From: an uncultured Alphaproteobacteria bacterium
GTDB taxonomy: Bacteria > Pseudomonadota > Alphaproteobacteria > JAJFIK01
Direction of reading: 5' to 3'
Length of the DNA stretch: 64,000 nucleotides
Assembly (NCBI GenBank): GCA_964474635.1
Contig: CAYYTT010000002.1
Location: 6,015 to 70,014, forward strand
The translations under genes and the position numbers were made by a program. Shown one piece after another: positions 36,005-45,012 of this stretch. Positions within the stretch are counted from its first letter, which is position 1. Every line of letters starts with the position of its first letter. Under the pieces are notes generated by a model. The model searched no databases, had not been told where the DNA came from, and was given only the letters and a program-made list of their open reading frames with translations.

Positions 36005-36434
36005 GCTGCGCTTGCGCCCCCATGAAAAATTCGTGGTCAATGGTTGCGTTCTCCAGAACGGCGACCGCCGGACCACCATGACTGTCTCAAGTTTCGGACA
36101 GGTGCTGCGCGGGCGCGACATTCTCCAGCCGGATCAGGCGAAAACACCGATTGCGCGGCTTTATCTTGCAGTCCAGTCGCTCCTCCTGGAACCGGCGCAG
36201 ACGGATGATCTTGTCCCGAACCTGAATGTGGTCGCAGCCCGCCTGATTGCGCGAACCATGGATCTGGAAGCGCGCCAGCGTCTTCACAGGGCCGTTGAGC
36301 ATGTTCACAGGGGGGATTATTACGGCGCGCTGGCATGGCTGCGCCCCCTGTTGACGGACGCATCATCGGGTTCCAGTGTGCACCGTGCCACGGGTCCGGT
36401 TTGTGCAAGCCAATGTGCGGATGCGCAGCCATGA
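35994..36434 (+). CDS. flbT: Flagellin translational regulator FlbT
   Basis: MGLRLRLRPHEKFVVNGCVLQNGDRRTTMTVSSFGQVLRGRDIL N-terminus, typical of FlbT. Overlaps the flaF stop by 11 nt. Confidence 0.88.
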   Translation: MGLRLRLRPHEKFVVNGCVLQNGDRRTTMTVSSFGQVLRGRDILQPDQAKTPIARLYLAVQSLLLEPAQTDDLVPNLNVVAARLIARTMDLEARQRLHRAVEHVHRGDYYGALAWLRPLLTDASSGSSVHRATGPVCASQCADAQP

Positions 36435-37222
36435 CATCGACATTCCTGACCTATCAAAGAATTTCACGCGATTATACCCAGACGGCCGAACGGCTTGCGG
36501 AGCGCACTGAAACGGCCCGGCAGATCGATGAGTGGCGCTCCACCATCACCAGCGTGAAGAGCGTCGACGAGTTCGTCGACAATCCCCGCCTCTATCGCTT
36601 TGCCATGACGGCCTTCGGTCTCGAAAGTCAGATTTTCGCGAAAGGTCTTATTCGGAAGGTCCTGGAGGAGGGGACCGACGATCCCCTGGCCATGGCCAAT
36701 CGGCTCACCGATAAGCGCTTCAAGGAGTTTGCGGAGGCCTTTTCCTTTAAGGAAGGGGAGGCGCCATCCACGGCCGATCCGGTGAAGATGGAGCAGATCG
36801 TCAACCGTTTTGTCGTCCACAAGCTTGAAACATCCGTTGGCGAAGAAACCCCCGGAGCTCGCCTTGCGCTCTATTTTGAGCGCGAGGCGCCCAAACTGAC
36901 CTCCTGGTTTCAGGTGCTGGCGGACCGGGCGTTGTCGGAGGTCGTGCGGACTGTCTTGCGCCTGCCGGCGGAGGTGGCGGGTCTCAATATCGACCGGTAT
37001 GCCGCCATCCTGGAGGAGCGTCTCGACTTTGAGGATTTCAAAGATCCCGCCAAGCTCGACGACTTCATCAAGCGTTTTACGATCCTCCATGATCTGGACA
37101 ATGCGCCGGCCCCGGGGCTTTCGGCGCGTGCCGCGCTTGCCGCGCCCCTTGATCCGCGTGGGGCCGGCTTCGGTCTGTCGGCGGATTTGATGCTCACCCT
37201 GGCGCAGATTCGCCGTCGATAG
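36431..37222 (+). CDS. DUF1217-family flagellar-cluster protein
   Basis: ATG 36431 overlaps the flbT stop (ATGA). MTSTFLTYQRISRDYTQTAERLAERTE, SVDEFVDNPRLYRFAMTAFGLE. The family call is from memory of the DUF1217 N-terminal pattern. Confidence 0.65.
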   Translation: MTSTFLTYQRISRDYTQTAERLAERTETARQIDEWRSTITSVKSVDEFVDNPRLYRFAMTAFGLESQIFAKGLIRKVLEEGTDDPLAMANRLTDKRFKEFAEAFSFKEGEAPSTADPVKMEQIVNRFVVHKLETSVGEETPGARLALYFEREAPKLTSWFQVLADRALSEVVRTVLRLPAEVAGLNIDRYAAILEERLDFEDFKDPAKLDDFIKRFTILHDLDNAPAPGLSARAALAAPLDPRGAGFGLSADLMLTLAQIRRR

Positions 37223-38657
37223 CGCCTGTCGGCAGGGCAGTTGGCCCCGTGGGGCCGGCCTCAGGCTCCATGATTTCCACGCGGGCGTCATCGGGCTCAT
37301 AGCTCGACATGTCCATCTGGGGGCCGTCTGGATTCTCGATCCCCAGAATTCCGCTCAGGCGTTCGAAACTCTGGGTCGCCGTCGTTGCCTCAAATTCGCC
37401 CTGGGCGAAAAAGGCCTGCAGCTTGGGTTGCTGGTCAATCGCCTTATCCGTTTCCGGATCGCTTCCCTGTCGATAAGCCCCCATACGGATCAGTTCCTCA
37501 CGATCCTCGTAGGTGGCCATGGATTTGCGGGCGGCAAGGCGCACCGCATTTTCCCAATCGGAGTGGGCGCCGGGAAGGGTACGGGAAATGGAGCGCACCA
37601 GATCAATGGCGGGATAGCGGCCCTGCTCGCCGATGCTGCGCGAGAGCACAAGGTGCCCGTCCAGCAGGCCTCTCACGGCGTCCGCGATGGGTTCATTATG
37701 GTCATCGCCTTCAACGAGAACCGTGAAAATGCCCGTGATATCGCCCTGGGTCCCCATGCCCGGACCGGCCCGCTCGAAAAGGCGCGGCAATTCGGAAAAG
37801 ACCGTCGGCGGATAACCCTTGGCAAGGGGAGGCTCACCGGCGGATAATCCAATCTCCCGCTGGGCCATGGCAAAGCGTGTGATGCTATCGATCATGCACA
37901 GAACCTGGCGGCCCCGTTTGCGTTGATCCTCAGCGATCGCCATTGTCAGATAGGCCGCCCGCCGGCGCATGAGGGGCATTTCATCGGCCGTGGCGACCAC
38001 CACCACGGAGCGGGCAAGCCCGCTTTCGCCCAAATTCTTGATAATAAACTCATTAACCTCGCGGCCGCGCTCACCTATCAGACCAATGACATTAATATCG
38101 GCTGAAGATCGGCGCGCCAGCATGGACAAAAGCGTTGATTTACCAACTCCCGAGCCGGCGAAAATACCCATGCGTTGGCCCTCGCAAAGGGGGGCCATGG
38201 TGTCCAGGGCGCGGATCGATGTCTCGATCTTGCGGCCGATGGGGCGCCGGGCGCAGGCATTGGGCGGCGTGTTGATCAGGGGCACGACGAATTCGCCGCG
38301 GGGAAGGGGGCCTTTGCCATCAATGGGCGCGCCCTTGGCATCGATAATGCGGCCGAGCCAGCCATCGCATGGGCGGATGGACGCTATGGTTTCGCTAAAG
38401 TTGACGCCGCAACCGACGGAAATGCCGTGAAGGTCTTCGGTGGCCATCAGAATGGCCCGGTCGCCGCGAAAGCCAACGGTCTCACAGACGACCATGGCGC
38501 CGGAGCGGGTCTGAACCTCGCATTGATCGCCGACGGCCAGCACCCGTTCAAGGCCAACGACCTCGATGGTCATGCCGAGCGCGCCGGCCACCTGCCCGCG
38601 CCAGGTGGGTTTGGGCAGGGACCGGAATTCGGATGCCAACTCGTCGAGAATTTTCAT
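37194..38657 (-). CDS. fliI: Flagellum-specific ATPase FliI
   Basis: Walker A GIFAGSGVGKSTLLSMLAR, Walker B VLCMIDSITRFA. Rho/F1-like core. Confidence 0.95.
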   Translation of the reverse strand: MKILDELASEFRSLPKPTWRGQVAGALGMTIEVVGLERVLAVGDQCEVQTRSGAMVVCETVGFRGDRAILMATEDLHGISVGCGVNFSETIASIRPCDGWLGRIIDAKGAPIDGKGPLPRGEFVVPLINTPPNACARRPIGRKIETSIRALDTMAPLCEGQRMGIFAGSGVGKSTLLSMLARRSSADINVIGLIGERGREVNEFIIKNLGESGLARSVVVVATADEMPLMRRRAAYLTMAIAEDQRKRGRQVLCMIDSITRFAMAQREIGLSAGEPPLAKGYPPTVFSELPRLFERAGPGMGTQGDITGIFTVLVEGDDHNEPIADAVRGLLDGHLVLSRSIGEQGRYPAIDLVRSISRTLPGAHSDWENAVRLAARKSMATYEDREELIRMGAYRQGSDPETDKAIDQQPKLQAFFAQGEFEATTATQSFERLSGILGIENPDGPQMDMSSYEPDDARVEIMEPEAGPTGPTALPTGAIDGESAPG

Positions 38658-38790
38658 CGATCACGCCCTTCTTCGTTTCCATGAAGATTACGCGCCAGAT
38701 GTAAAAAGACCATCAGCAGAACCCGGCAGATCGACACAAGCAGCGACCGCGAAGCGATCTGTACGGCAAAGGTAAGGTGAGATAGCAGCG

Positions 38791-39186
38791 ATGATCACGC
38801 ACGGCATCGGCCTGTTCGACTTGACGGAAACACGGCTTGATTATCTGGAGACGCGCCATGCGCTGATCGCGCAGAATGTGGCCAACGGCAACACACCGGG
38901 TTACCAGGCAAAGGATCTTGTGGCTTTTGAAAAGGTCATGGATACAACACGCCATGTGACGGTTGGCCGGACCCATACGGATCACCTGGTCCAGGACCGG
39001 CAGACCGATCCGTTTCGGGCCGACCGTCGGCCGGCCGTCTGGGAAACGGTGCCGAGCGGCAATTCCGTGAATATGGAAGCTGAAATGCTGAAAGCATCGC
39101 AGGTGGCCGGCGCCCACTCCCTGGTCTCGAACATCTATGCCAAGCACATGTCCATGCTGCGGATGGGATTTTCCGGCGCAGCCTAA
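38791..39186 (+). CDS. flgB: Flagellar proximal rod protein FlgB
   Basis: LDYLETRHALIAQNVANGNTPGYQAKDL signature. 131 aa. Confidence 0.9.
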   Translation: MITHGIGLFDLTETRLDYLETRHALIAQNVANGNTPGYQAKDLVAFEKVMDTTRHVTVGRTHTDHLVQDRQTDPFRADRRPAVWETVPSGNSVNMEAEMLKASQVAGAHSLVSNIYAKHMSMLRMGFSGAA

Positions 39187-39213
39187 CACAGATTTTCCGG
39201 CACAGGAGAAACT

Positions 39214-39630
39214 ATGGATCCGCTCGCCATGACCATGCGCGTGGCCGCCGCAGGCCTTGAAGCGCAGAGCACGCGCATGCGTGTGGTGTCTGAGAACATC
39301 GCCAACGTCAATTCCACCGGCTCATCGCAGAATGATGACCCGTTCCGCCGAAAGACGATCCAGTTCGAAAACATCCTGGATCGGCGTGCCGGCGTGAATT
39401 TCGTACAGGTGAAGGAGATTGGCGTCGACAAAAGCCCGTTTCGCACCGTTCACAGCCCCGGGCATCCGGGAGCGGACGAAAATGGTTATGTGCGCCATCC
39501 CAATGTCAATGCCCTGATCGAAATGACGGATCTGCGGGAGGCCAGCCGAAGCTACGAGGCCAACCTGAATGTTATCGAGCAGGCGCGCAGCATGTTGACC
39601 CGCACGATTGGCCTGCTGGAGCGGACGTGA
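39214..39630 (+). CDS. flgC: Flagellar rod protein FlgC
   Basis: MRVAAAGLEAQSTRMRVVSENIANVNST and NALIEMTDLREASRSYEANLNVIEQARSMLTRTIGLL. Confidence 0.93.
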   Translation: MDPLAMTMRVAAAGLEAQSTRMRVVSENIANVNSTGSSQNDDPFRRKTIQFENILDRRAGVNFVQVKEIGVDKSPFRTVHSPGHPGADENGYVRHPNVNALIEMTDLREASRSYEANLNVIEQARSMLTRTIGLLERT

Positions 39631-39650
39631 TGCCGGCGGCCGGGACCATG

Positions 39651-39692
39651 GAGCGGACACGTGGGAGCGGACACGTGGGGGCGGACACGTGA
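39651..39692. repeat. 14-bp tandem repeat x 3 (GAGCGGACACGTGG-like), each unit carrying a CACGTG palindrome
   Basis: Read directly in the flgC-fliE spacer. The units resemble the last codons of flgC (CTGGAGCGGACGTGA, 39616-39630). Confidence 0.9.
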
Positions 39693-39724
39693 TTGATCGG
39701 ATTTGAGGGACAGGAGCGGGCATT

Positions 39725-40042
39725 ATGATTACGCCGTCCATTGGCGCGGTGGCGCAGCTTTACTCGCAGGCGCGCAGTTTGGGCGCCGACGGTCCCGGAG
39801 CGTCGGCCGACACCCAGGCCATTGCGGCCGATTTTGGTGCCGCCATGAAAACCGCAGCCACCAGGGCCGTCGAGACGGTCAGCGATGCGGAACGGATGAG
39901 TGCCGCCGCGGCGCAGGGGAAGGCGAGCGTGAAGGACACCGTCCATGCCCTCGTCGAGGCGGAAATGACGGTTCAGGCGATTGTTTCGGTCCGCAACAAA
40001 CTTGTGGAAGCCTATCAGGAAATCATGCGTATGCCAATTTGA
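39725..40042 (+). CDS. fliE: Flagellar hook-basal body protein FliE
   Basis: C-terminal VHALVEAEMTVQAIVSVRNKLVEAYQEIMRMPI. 105 aa. Confidence 0.9.
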   Translation: MITPSIGAVAQLYSQARSLGADGPGASADTQAIAADFGAAMKTAATRAVETVSDAERMSAAAAQGKASVKDTVHALVEAEMTVQAIVSVRNKLVEAYQEIMRMPI

Positions 40043-40050
40043 GGGAGACA

Positions 40051-40320
40051 ATGACGGAGGCGGATATCATCCAAATTGTGCGCGATGGGTTGTGGACCAC
40101 TCTGCTGGTCTCGCTTCCCGTCCTGCTCACCGCGACGGGGGTGGGGCTCGTCATTGCGCTTTTACAGGCCTTGACCCAGATCCAGGAAATGACCCTGACC
40201 TTCGTGCCCAAGATCATCGCCATCTTGATGACCCTGGGACTGTCGTTACCCTTCATGATGCTCACCTTACGCCGGTTCGTAGATCTTCTGTCGGAACGGA
40301 TGACCTCCTTCCATCCATAA
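40051..40320 (+). CDS. fliQ: Flagellar export apparatus protein FliQ
   Basis: ATG 40051 after GAGGGAGA. 89 aa. MTEADIIQIVRDGLWTTLLVSLPVLLTATGVGLVIALLQALTQIQEMTLTFVPKI. Confidence 0.9.
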   Translation: MTEADIIQIVRDGLWTTLLVSLPVLLTATGVGLVIALLQALTQIQEMTLTFVPKIIAILMTLGLSLPFMMLTLRRFVDLLSERMTSFHP

Positions 40321-40356
40321 ACGTCGTCATCGTTTTTCCTTGGGCACGGGTGCATC

Positions 40357-42426
40357 ATGGCTCATATGCTGTCCCTTCGCGGCGGTTTCGGTCACCGGGA
40401 CGTCCTGTTCGCCGTTGGAATTCTCTTTGTTCTTACCATTCTATTCCTGCCCATCCCGGCCTGGGCCCTTGATCTGGGGCTGGCCCTGTCTTTGTCGCTG
40501 AGTGTCCTGATCCTTATGGTGGTCCTGTGGATTGAGAAGCCGATCGCCTTCTCGTCCTTTCCCATGGTCCTCCTTGTGGCGACAATGCTGCGTCTGGCCC
40601 TCAATATCGCGTCGACACGGTTGATTTTGTCCCAGGGTCACAATGGGACCAACGCGGCCGGCGGCGTCATCGAAGGCTTTTCCCAGTTCATCATGGGCGG
40701 GAATTTCGTTATCGGGATCATTGTCTTTGCGATTCTGGTGATTGTGAACTTCGTCGTAATCACCAAGGGTGCCACGCGGATTGCCGAAGTGGGGGCGCGC
40801 TTCACGCTTGATGCGATCCCCGGAAAACAGATGGCCATCGATGCGGACCTGTCGGCGGGTCTGATCGACGAGACCCAGGCCCGGGTCCGGCGCAAGGAAT
40901 TGGAAGACGAAAGCACTTTTTTCGGGTCCATGGACGGCGCATCGAAGTTCGTCCGCGGCGATGCGGTTGCGGGCTTGATCATCACCTTCATCAATGTGCT
41001 TGGGGGGATGATCATCGGTGTTGCGCAGATGGGCATGGAAACCGGCGCGGCCGCGGCGGCCTACACCACACTGACGGTCGGCGACGGGCTTGCGAGCCAG
41101 GTCCCCGCCGTGATCGTGTCCCTGGCGGCTGGCCTGCTCGTTGCCAAGGGCGGCACGCTCGGCCGGGCCGAACAGGCGGTCATGGACCAGCTTGGCGGTT
41201 ATCCAAAGGCGCTGGCAATGGTCAGTGTCTTGCTGCTGATTTTCGCGGCCGTGCCGGGACTGCCCTCCCTGCCATTTCTGCTCATTGCCGTCGGCGTGGG
41301 CAGTCTGAGCTGGGTTCTCTTTCGCAAGGCGGCGGCGGAAACTGGGGAGGAAAGCGGCCAGGATGACGAGCAAGTTCTCGATGCATCGTCATCAGATGAA
41401 CGGGCGGAGGATGCCCTCCATGTGGAAGACATTCAGCTCGATGTGAACCCCCAATTGGTGAGCCATATTTCACAGCCCGACAAGGGCCTCTCACCGAAAA
41501 TCAAATCGCTACGCCGCCGATTTGCCAGGGAATATGGTTTCCTTCTGCCGCCGGTTCGGATCCGCGACAATGTCTATTTGCCCCACGAAACCTATCGGAT
41601 TTCGGTCCAGGACGTGGAGGTGGCAACGGGGAAGATCCGCATGCAGCACTGCCTCGTGATCGATCCGGCGGGGGAGAAAATCGATATGCCGGGCGAAGAA
41701 ACCCGGGAGCCCACCTTTAACATGCCCGCCGTCTGGATCGATCCGGCCCGGGCCGAGGAAGCCGAGGCCAAGGGGTATACGGTCATTGACCCCGACAGTG
41801 TGATGGCGACCCATTTGGCCGAAGTGATCCGGGATCATCTGCCGCGCTTGTTGACCTATTCCGCGCTGCAACGCCTGCTCGACAGCTTACCGGTGGAATA
41901 CCATAAGCTGCTCCACGAGCTTGTCCCCGGACAGATCAGTGCGGTGATGCTGCAACGGGTGCTGCAGGTGCTGCTGGAGGAGCGCCTGTCCATCCGTAAT
42001 CTTCCCCTTATCCTTGAGGCGGTCACCGAGGCGGTATCCTGGACGCGCAATGTCACGATGATCGCGGAACATGTTCGCTCCCGCCTGGGCCCTCAGATCT
42101 GCGGCGGGCTAATCGCGGGCGATGGGTTCATTCCCGTGATCACGGTCTCGCCGGCCTGGGAGCAGAGTTTCCTGGAAGCCATCCATGTGCAGGGGCAGGA
42201 TCGAACCCTGGCCATGGCGCCGAGCCGGGTCAATGACTTCATCAACCAGGCCCGGGCGCGGATCCAGGAATACACAACCATGGACTGCTGGCCCGCGATT
42301 CTGACGAGTGCGGAAACACGGCCCTTCATTCGCTCCGTTTTGGAGCGGGTGAGCGCCATGACCCCAGTCATTTCCCATGCGGAACTTCATGCCAAGGCAG
42401 CCATTCGCACCGTTGGTCAAATCTGA
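40357..42426 (+). CDS. flhA: Flagellar export gate protein FlhA (set 1)
   Basis: 689 aa. FSSFPMVLLVATMLRLALNIASTRLIL, VITKGATRIAEVGARFTLDAIPGKQMAIDADL, FFGSMDGASKFVRGDAVAG. Confidence 0.95.
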   Translation: MAHMLSLRGGFGHRDVLFAVGILFVLTILFLPIPAWALDLGLALSLSLSVLILMVVLWIEKPIAFSSFPMVLLVATMLRLALNIASTRLILSQGHNGTNAAGGVIEGFSQFIMGGNFVIGIIVFAILVIVNFVVITKGATRIAEVGARFTLDAIPGKQMAIDADLSAGLIDETQARVRRKELEDESTFFGSMDGASKFVRGDAVAGLIITFINVLGGMIIGVAQMGMETGAAAAAYTTLTVGDGLASQVPAVIVSLAAGLLVAKGGTLGRAEQAVMDQLGGYPKALAMVSVLLLIFAAVPGLPSLPFLLIAVGVGSLSWVLFRKAAAETGEESGQDDEQVLDASSSDERAEDALHVEDIQLDVNPQLVSHISQPDKGLSPKIKSLRRRFAREYGFLLPPVRIRDNVYLPHETYRISVQDVEVATGKIRMQHCLVIDPAGEKIDMPGEETREPTFNMPAVWIDPARAEEAEAKGYTVIDPDSVMATHLAEVIRDHLPRLLTYSALQRLLDSLPVEYHKLLHELVPGQISAVMLQRVLQVLLEERLSIRNLPLILEAVTEAVSWTRNVTMIAEHVRSRLGPQICGGLIAGDGFIPVITVSPAWEQSFLEAIHVQGQDRTLAMAPSRVNDFINQARARIQEYTTMDCWPAILTSAETRPFIRSVLERVSAMTPVISHAELHAKAAIRTVGQI

Positions 42427-42434
42427 GGCATGCC

Positions 42435-43196
42435 ATGGATATTGAGGGTGCCTTTCTTGCATTTGTCTTTCCCATTTTGATCGTTTTCGCGCGGATTGGC
42501 ACCTTTACCATGGTCATGCCGGCCATCTCGTCGAGCTTTGTATCGGCGCGTTTCAGGCTCGCCCTGGCGATGGCCCTGTCCATTGCCCTGGCGCCCAGCG
42601 TGGCCCCTGTGCCGGGCGCGGCGGCGACGGATTTGGCGCGGCTTTTGCCACTTGTGGCCAGTGAAATGGTGATTGGCCTGTTTTTGGGCTCGATCAGCCG
42701 TTTTCTGATTTACGCCCTCGCCATGGCCGGGCAAATCATTGGGCAGAGCATCGGCTTGTCGAACATTTTTGTTTTGCCGGGCATGGGCGATGAGGTGGCC
42801 TCGGCCCTTTCGTCCTTGTTTGCGGTGACGGGCCTTGTTCTCTTCTTCGTCACTGATCTCCACCATCTGGCAATCGAAGCAGCGGCAGCGAGCTTTCAGA
42901 TTTTGCCCATTGGCGCACCCTTCGAGATCGGCCTTCTGGCGGAGCGCCTGGCCCATACACTTCAGTACAGCCTCACACTGGCTGCTGCTCTCTCCGCGCC
43001 ATTCCTGGTCCTTGGGTTTGTCTTTTATCTCGCTGTCGGTCTGATCAACCGTATGATGATGAGTCTTCCAGTCTTCTTTATCAGTCTGCCCGTAGCCCTT
43101 GGCGGCGGCATTGGAGTCCTCATGCTGCTTACCGGCGCGGTGTTGAGCGGTTTTGCCCAGGGGATGAGACAAGGCATCCTTTTGTTCGGTCCGTAG
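42435..43196 (+). CDS. fliR: Flagellar export apparatus protein FliR
   Basis: 253-aa polytopic membrane protein between flhA and flhB. FARIGTFTMVMPAISSSFVSARFRLALAMALS. Confidence 0.88.
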   Translation: MDIEGAFLAFVFPILIVFARIGTFTMVMPAISSSFVSARFRLALAMALSIALAPSVAPVPGAAATDLARLLPLVASEMVIGLFLGSISRFLIYALAMAGQIIGQSIGLSNIFVLPGMGDEVASALSSLFAVTGLVLFFVTDLHHLAIEAAAASFQILPIGAPFEIGLLAERLAHTLQYSLTLAAALSAPFLVLGFVFYLAVGLINRMMMSLPVFFISLPVALGGGIGVLMLLTGAVLSGFAQGMRQGILLFGP

Positions 43197-43204
43197 GGGG
43201 GGCT

Positions 43205-44287
43205 ATGAGTGAGGATCAGGACGAAAGCCAAAAGACCGAGGAACCGACCGAAAAGCGCCTGCGGGAGGCACGGGGCAAGGGAAACCTGCCGGTCTCGCGT
43301 GAGGCGGCAACGGTGCTGTCTATTTTCGTCATGGCTGTCCTTGCAAGTTTCAGCGGACCGGCCGCTGCCACCCATATTTTCCTGGTGCTGAGGGGCGTTT
43401 TCGGAAATGCCCATGACATTTCCATCGGCGATGTGTCCGCCGATCCGGCGGCCGTCAGTGGTGATATTCTTTGGGCGCTGCTGCCCTCGCTGGCGTTCAT
43501 TTTTGGTGCGTTTGCCCTTGGCGGTCTTGCGGCCGCGGCCGGGCAAAATGCACTCGTTTTCGCCAGCGACCGCATAAAGCCAAAATTCGATAATATCAGT
43601 GTGGTGAAGGGCGTTGGACGCCTTTTCTCCTGGTCTTCGATTGTAGAGTTTCTTAAAGGGGTGGCGAAAATTGCCGTTGTCGGAACGGTGGCGGGAGTGC
43701 TCGTCCTGTCCGATCTGGAGCACATGGAATTGATGGTCGGGACCGATGTGTCTTCAATCCCCGGGTTGATCCGGGATGCGGCCATTGAGCTTCTTCTCGT
43801 CACGTTGATTGCCAGTTCCGTCATTGCAGCGGCGGATATTCTGTGGCGCCGGTGGGACTGGCGCAAGAAGCTGCGCATGACCCGTCAGGAGATCAAGGAC
43901 GAGCACAAACATTCCGAAGGGGATCCACAGGTCAAGGCTCGGGTGCGAGAGATCCGGCGCGAAAGGGCGCGAAAGCGGATGATGGCGGCCGTGCCCAGTT
44001 CAACCGTCGTAATTGCCAACCCCACCCATGTGGCCATCGCCCTGAAATATGATCGGGGCAAGATGCCGGCGCCGGTCTGTGTGGCGAAGGGGGTTGATCG
44101 CACAGCCCTGCGGATCAAGGACGTCGCCAGGGACCACAATGTTCCCATTGTGGAGAACCGGATCCTGGCGCGGGCCCTTTATGCGGCCGTGGAACTCGAC
44201 CAGATCATTCCGCGTGAGCATTTCGAGGCGGTGGCCGAAATCATCACCTATGTCTACAAGATCGACCAGCGCGCCGTACACAAATAA
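43205..44287 (+). CDS. flhB: Flagellar export switch protein FlhB
   Basis: SQKTEEPTEKRLREARGKGNLPVSRE N-terminus and the NPTH autocleavage site (VVIANPTHVAIALKY). Confidence 0.95.
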   Translation: MSEDQDESQKTEEPTEKRLREARGKGNLPVSREAATVLSIFVMAVLASFSGPAAATHIFLVLRGVFGNAHDISIGDVSADPAAVSGDILWALLPSLAFIFGAFALGGLAAAAGQNALVFASDRIKPKFDNISVVKGVGRLFSWSSIVEFLKGVAKIAVVGTVAGVLVLSDLEHMELMVGTDVSSIPGLIRDAAIELLLVTLIASSVIAAADILWRRWDWRKKLRMTRQEIKDEHKHSEGDPQVKARVREIRRERARKRMMAAVPSSTVVIANPTHVAIALKYDRGKMPAPVCVAKGVDRTALRIKDVARDHNVPIVENRILARALYAAVELDQIIPREHFEAVAEIITYVYKIDQRAVHK

Positions 44288-44316
44288 GGGACCAATTAAG
44301 ATGCGCCTGCGGCCTT

Positions 44317-45012
44317 TCACGTGGGCTTGGGGCGGTGACGTTCCGCAAAGACCTGCATGACGGCCCGCGCGAGGTCCACGGGCAGGTTGGAGAGAATGGG
44401 TGCCGCGCGGCGATCGGGCATGCGGTCAAGAACCTGCACGATGATTGCCACATCCATGGATTTCAGAATATCCGCGGCGGCCTTGGGCTTCATCGTTTCA
44501 TACAGCGAGCGCATCCGCTCGATATCTTCGTCGGCCTTGGCATCAAGGGTCGTCAGAAGGCCTTCTATATCCTGGCGCAGGGTCCTCAGTTCACGCACAT
44601 GGGTGTCGGCCCGAAGGATTGCGGCGTCCGCGAGTGCGCGCTTTTCGGCAATGGTTTGGGCCTCGGCGGCGAGGCGCTGCCGTTCCTTTTCAAGGGCTCT
44701 CATGGTCTCGATGGGGGCCACATAGGCGTTGGCGATGGCCGCATCGAGCGTGTCGAGAAACGAGCACTGCGGGGCGGTCCCTGCCTCGGGGTCGGGCCCT
44801 TTGGTCCCTGGATCCGTATGCGCTCCATCGGCGGTTGCGTCCTTCAGCAGGTCCCGCGCCCAGGGTCGGTCATGGGTGCCGAATTCCGTTGCCGCGCGAC
44901 GGGCGGTACGCGCCGTATCCGTTTCGGACCGGGCGATCACGTCGCCAGCCTTGCCGAGCGACAGGGCCGCAAGACTGACGGCCGCAAGGGACATCAAGCG
45001 TTTGGGCATCAT
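44317..45012 (-). CDS. motE: MotE/FlbB-like protein with an MgtE_N-like domain (periplasmic, signal peptide)
   Basis: MMPKRLMSLAAVSLAALSLG signal, a coiled coil, then MKPKAAADILKSMDVAIIVQVLDRMPDRRAAPILSNLPVDLARAVM. Confidence 0.65.
   Translation of the reverse strand: MMPKRLMSLAAVSLAALSLGKAGDVIARSETDTARTARRAATEFGTHDRPWARDLLKDATADGAHTDPGTKGPDPEAGTAPQCSFLDTLDAAIANAYVAPIETMRALEKERQRLAAEAQTIAEKRALADAAILRADTHVRELRTLRQDIEGLLTTLDAKADEDIERMRSLYETMKPKAAADILKSMDVAIIVQVLDRMPDRRAAPILSNLPVDLARAVMQVFAERHRPKPT

Noticed and set aside
39648-39692. 14-codon mini-ORF (MERTRGSGHVGADT) in the flgC-fliE spacer
   Set aside because: It is generated entirely by the 14-bp tandem repeat, and I could not identify a convincing ribosome-binding site. 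I report it as a repeat rather than a gene.
40441-43172. Minus-strand ORFs of 310 aa (40441..41373) and 251 aa (42417..43172)
   Set aside because: Shadow ORFs opposite flhA and fliR (set 1), rich in Arg/His/Gln/Asp.
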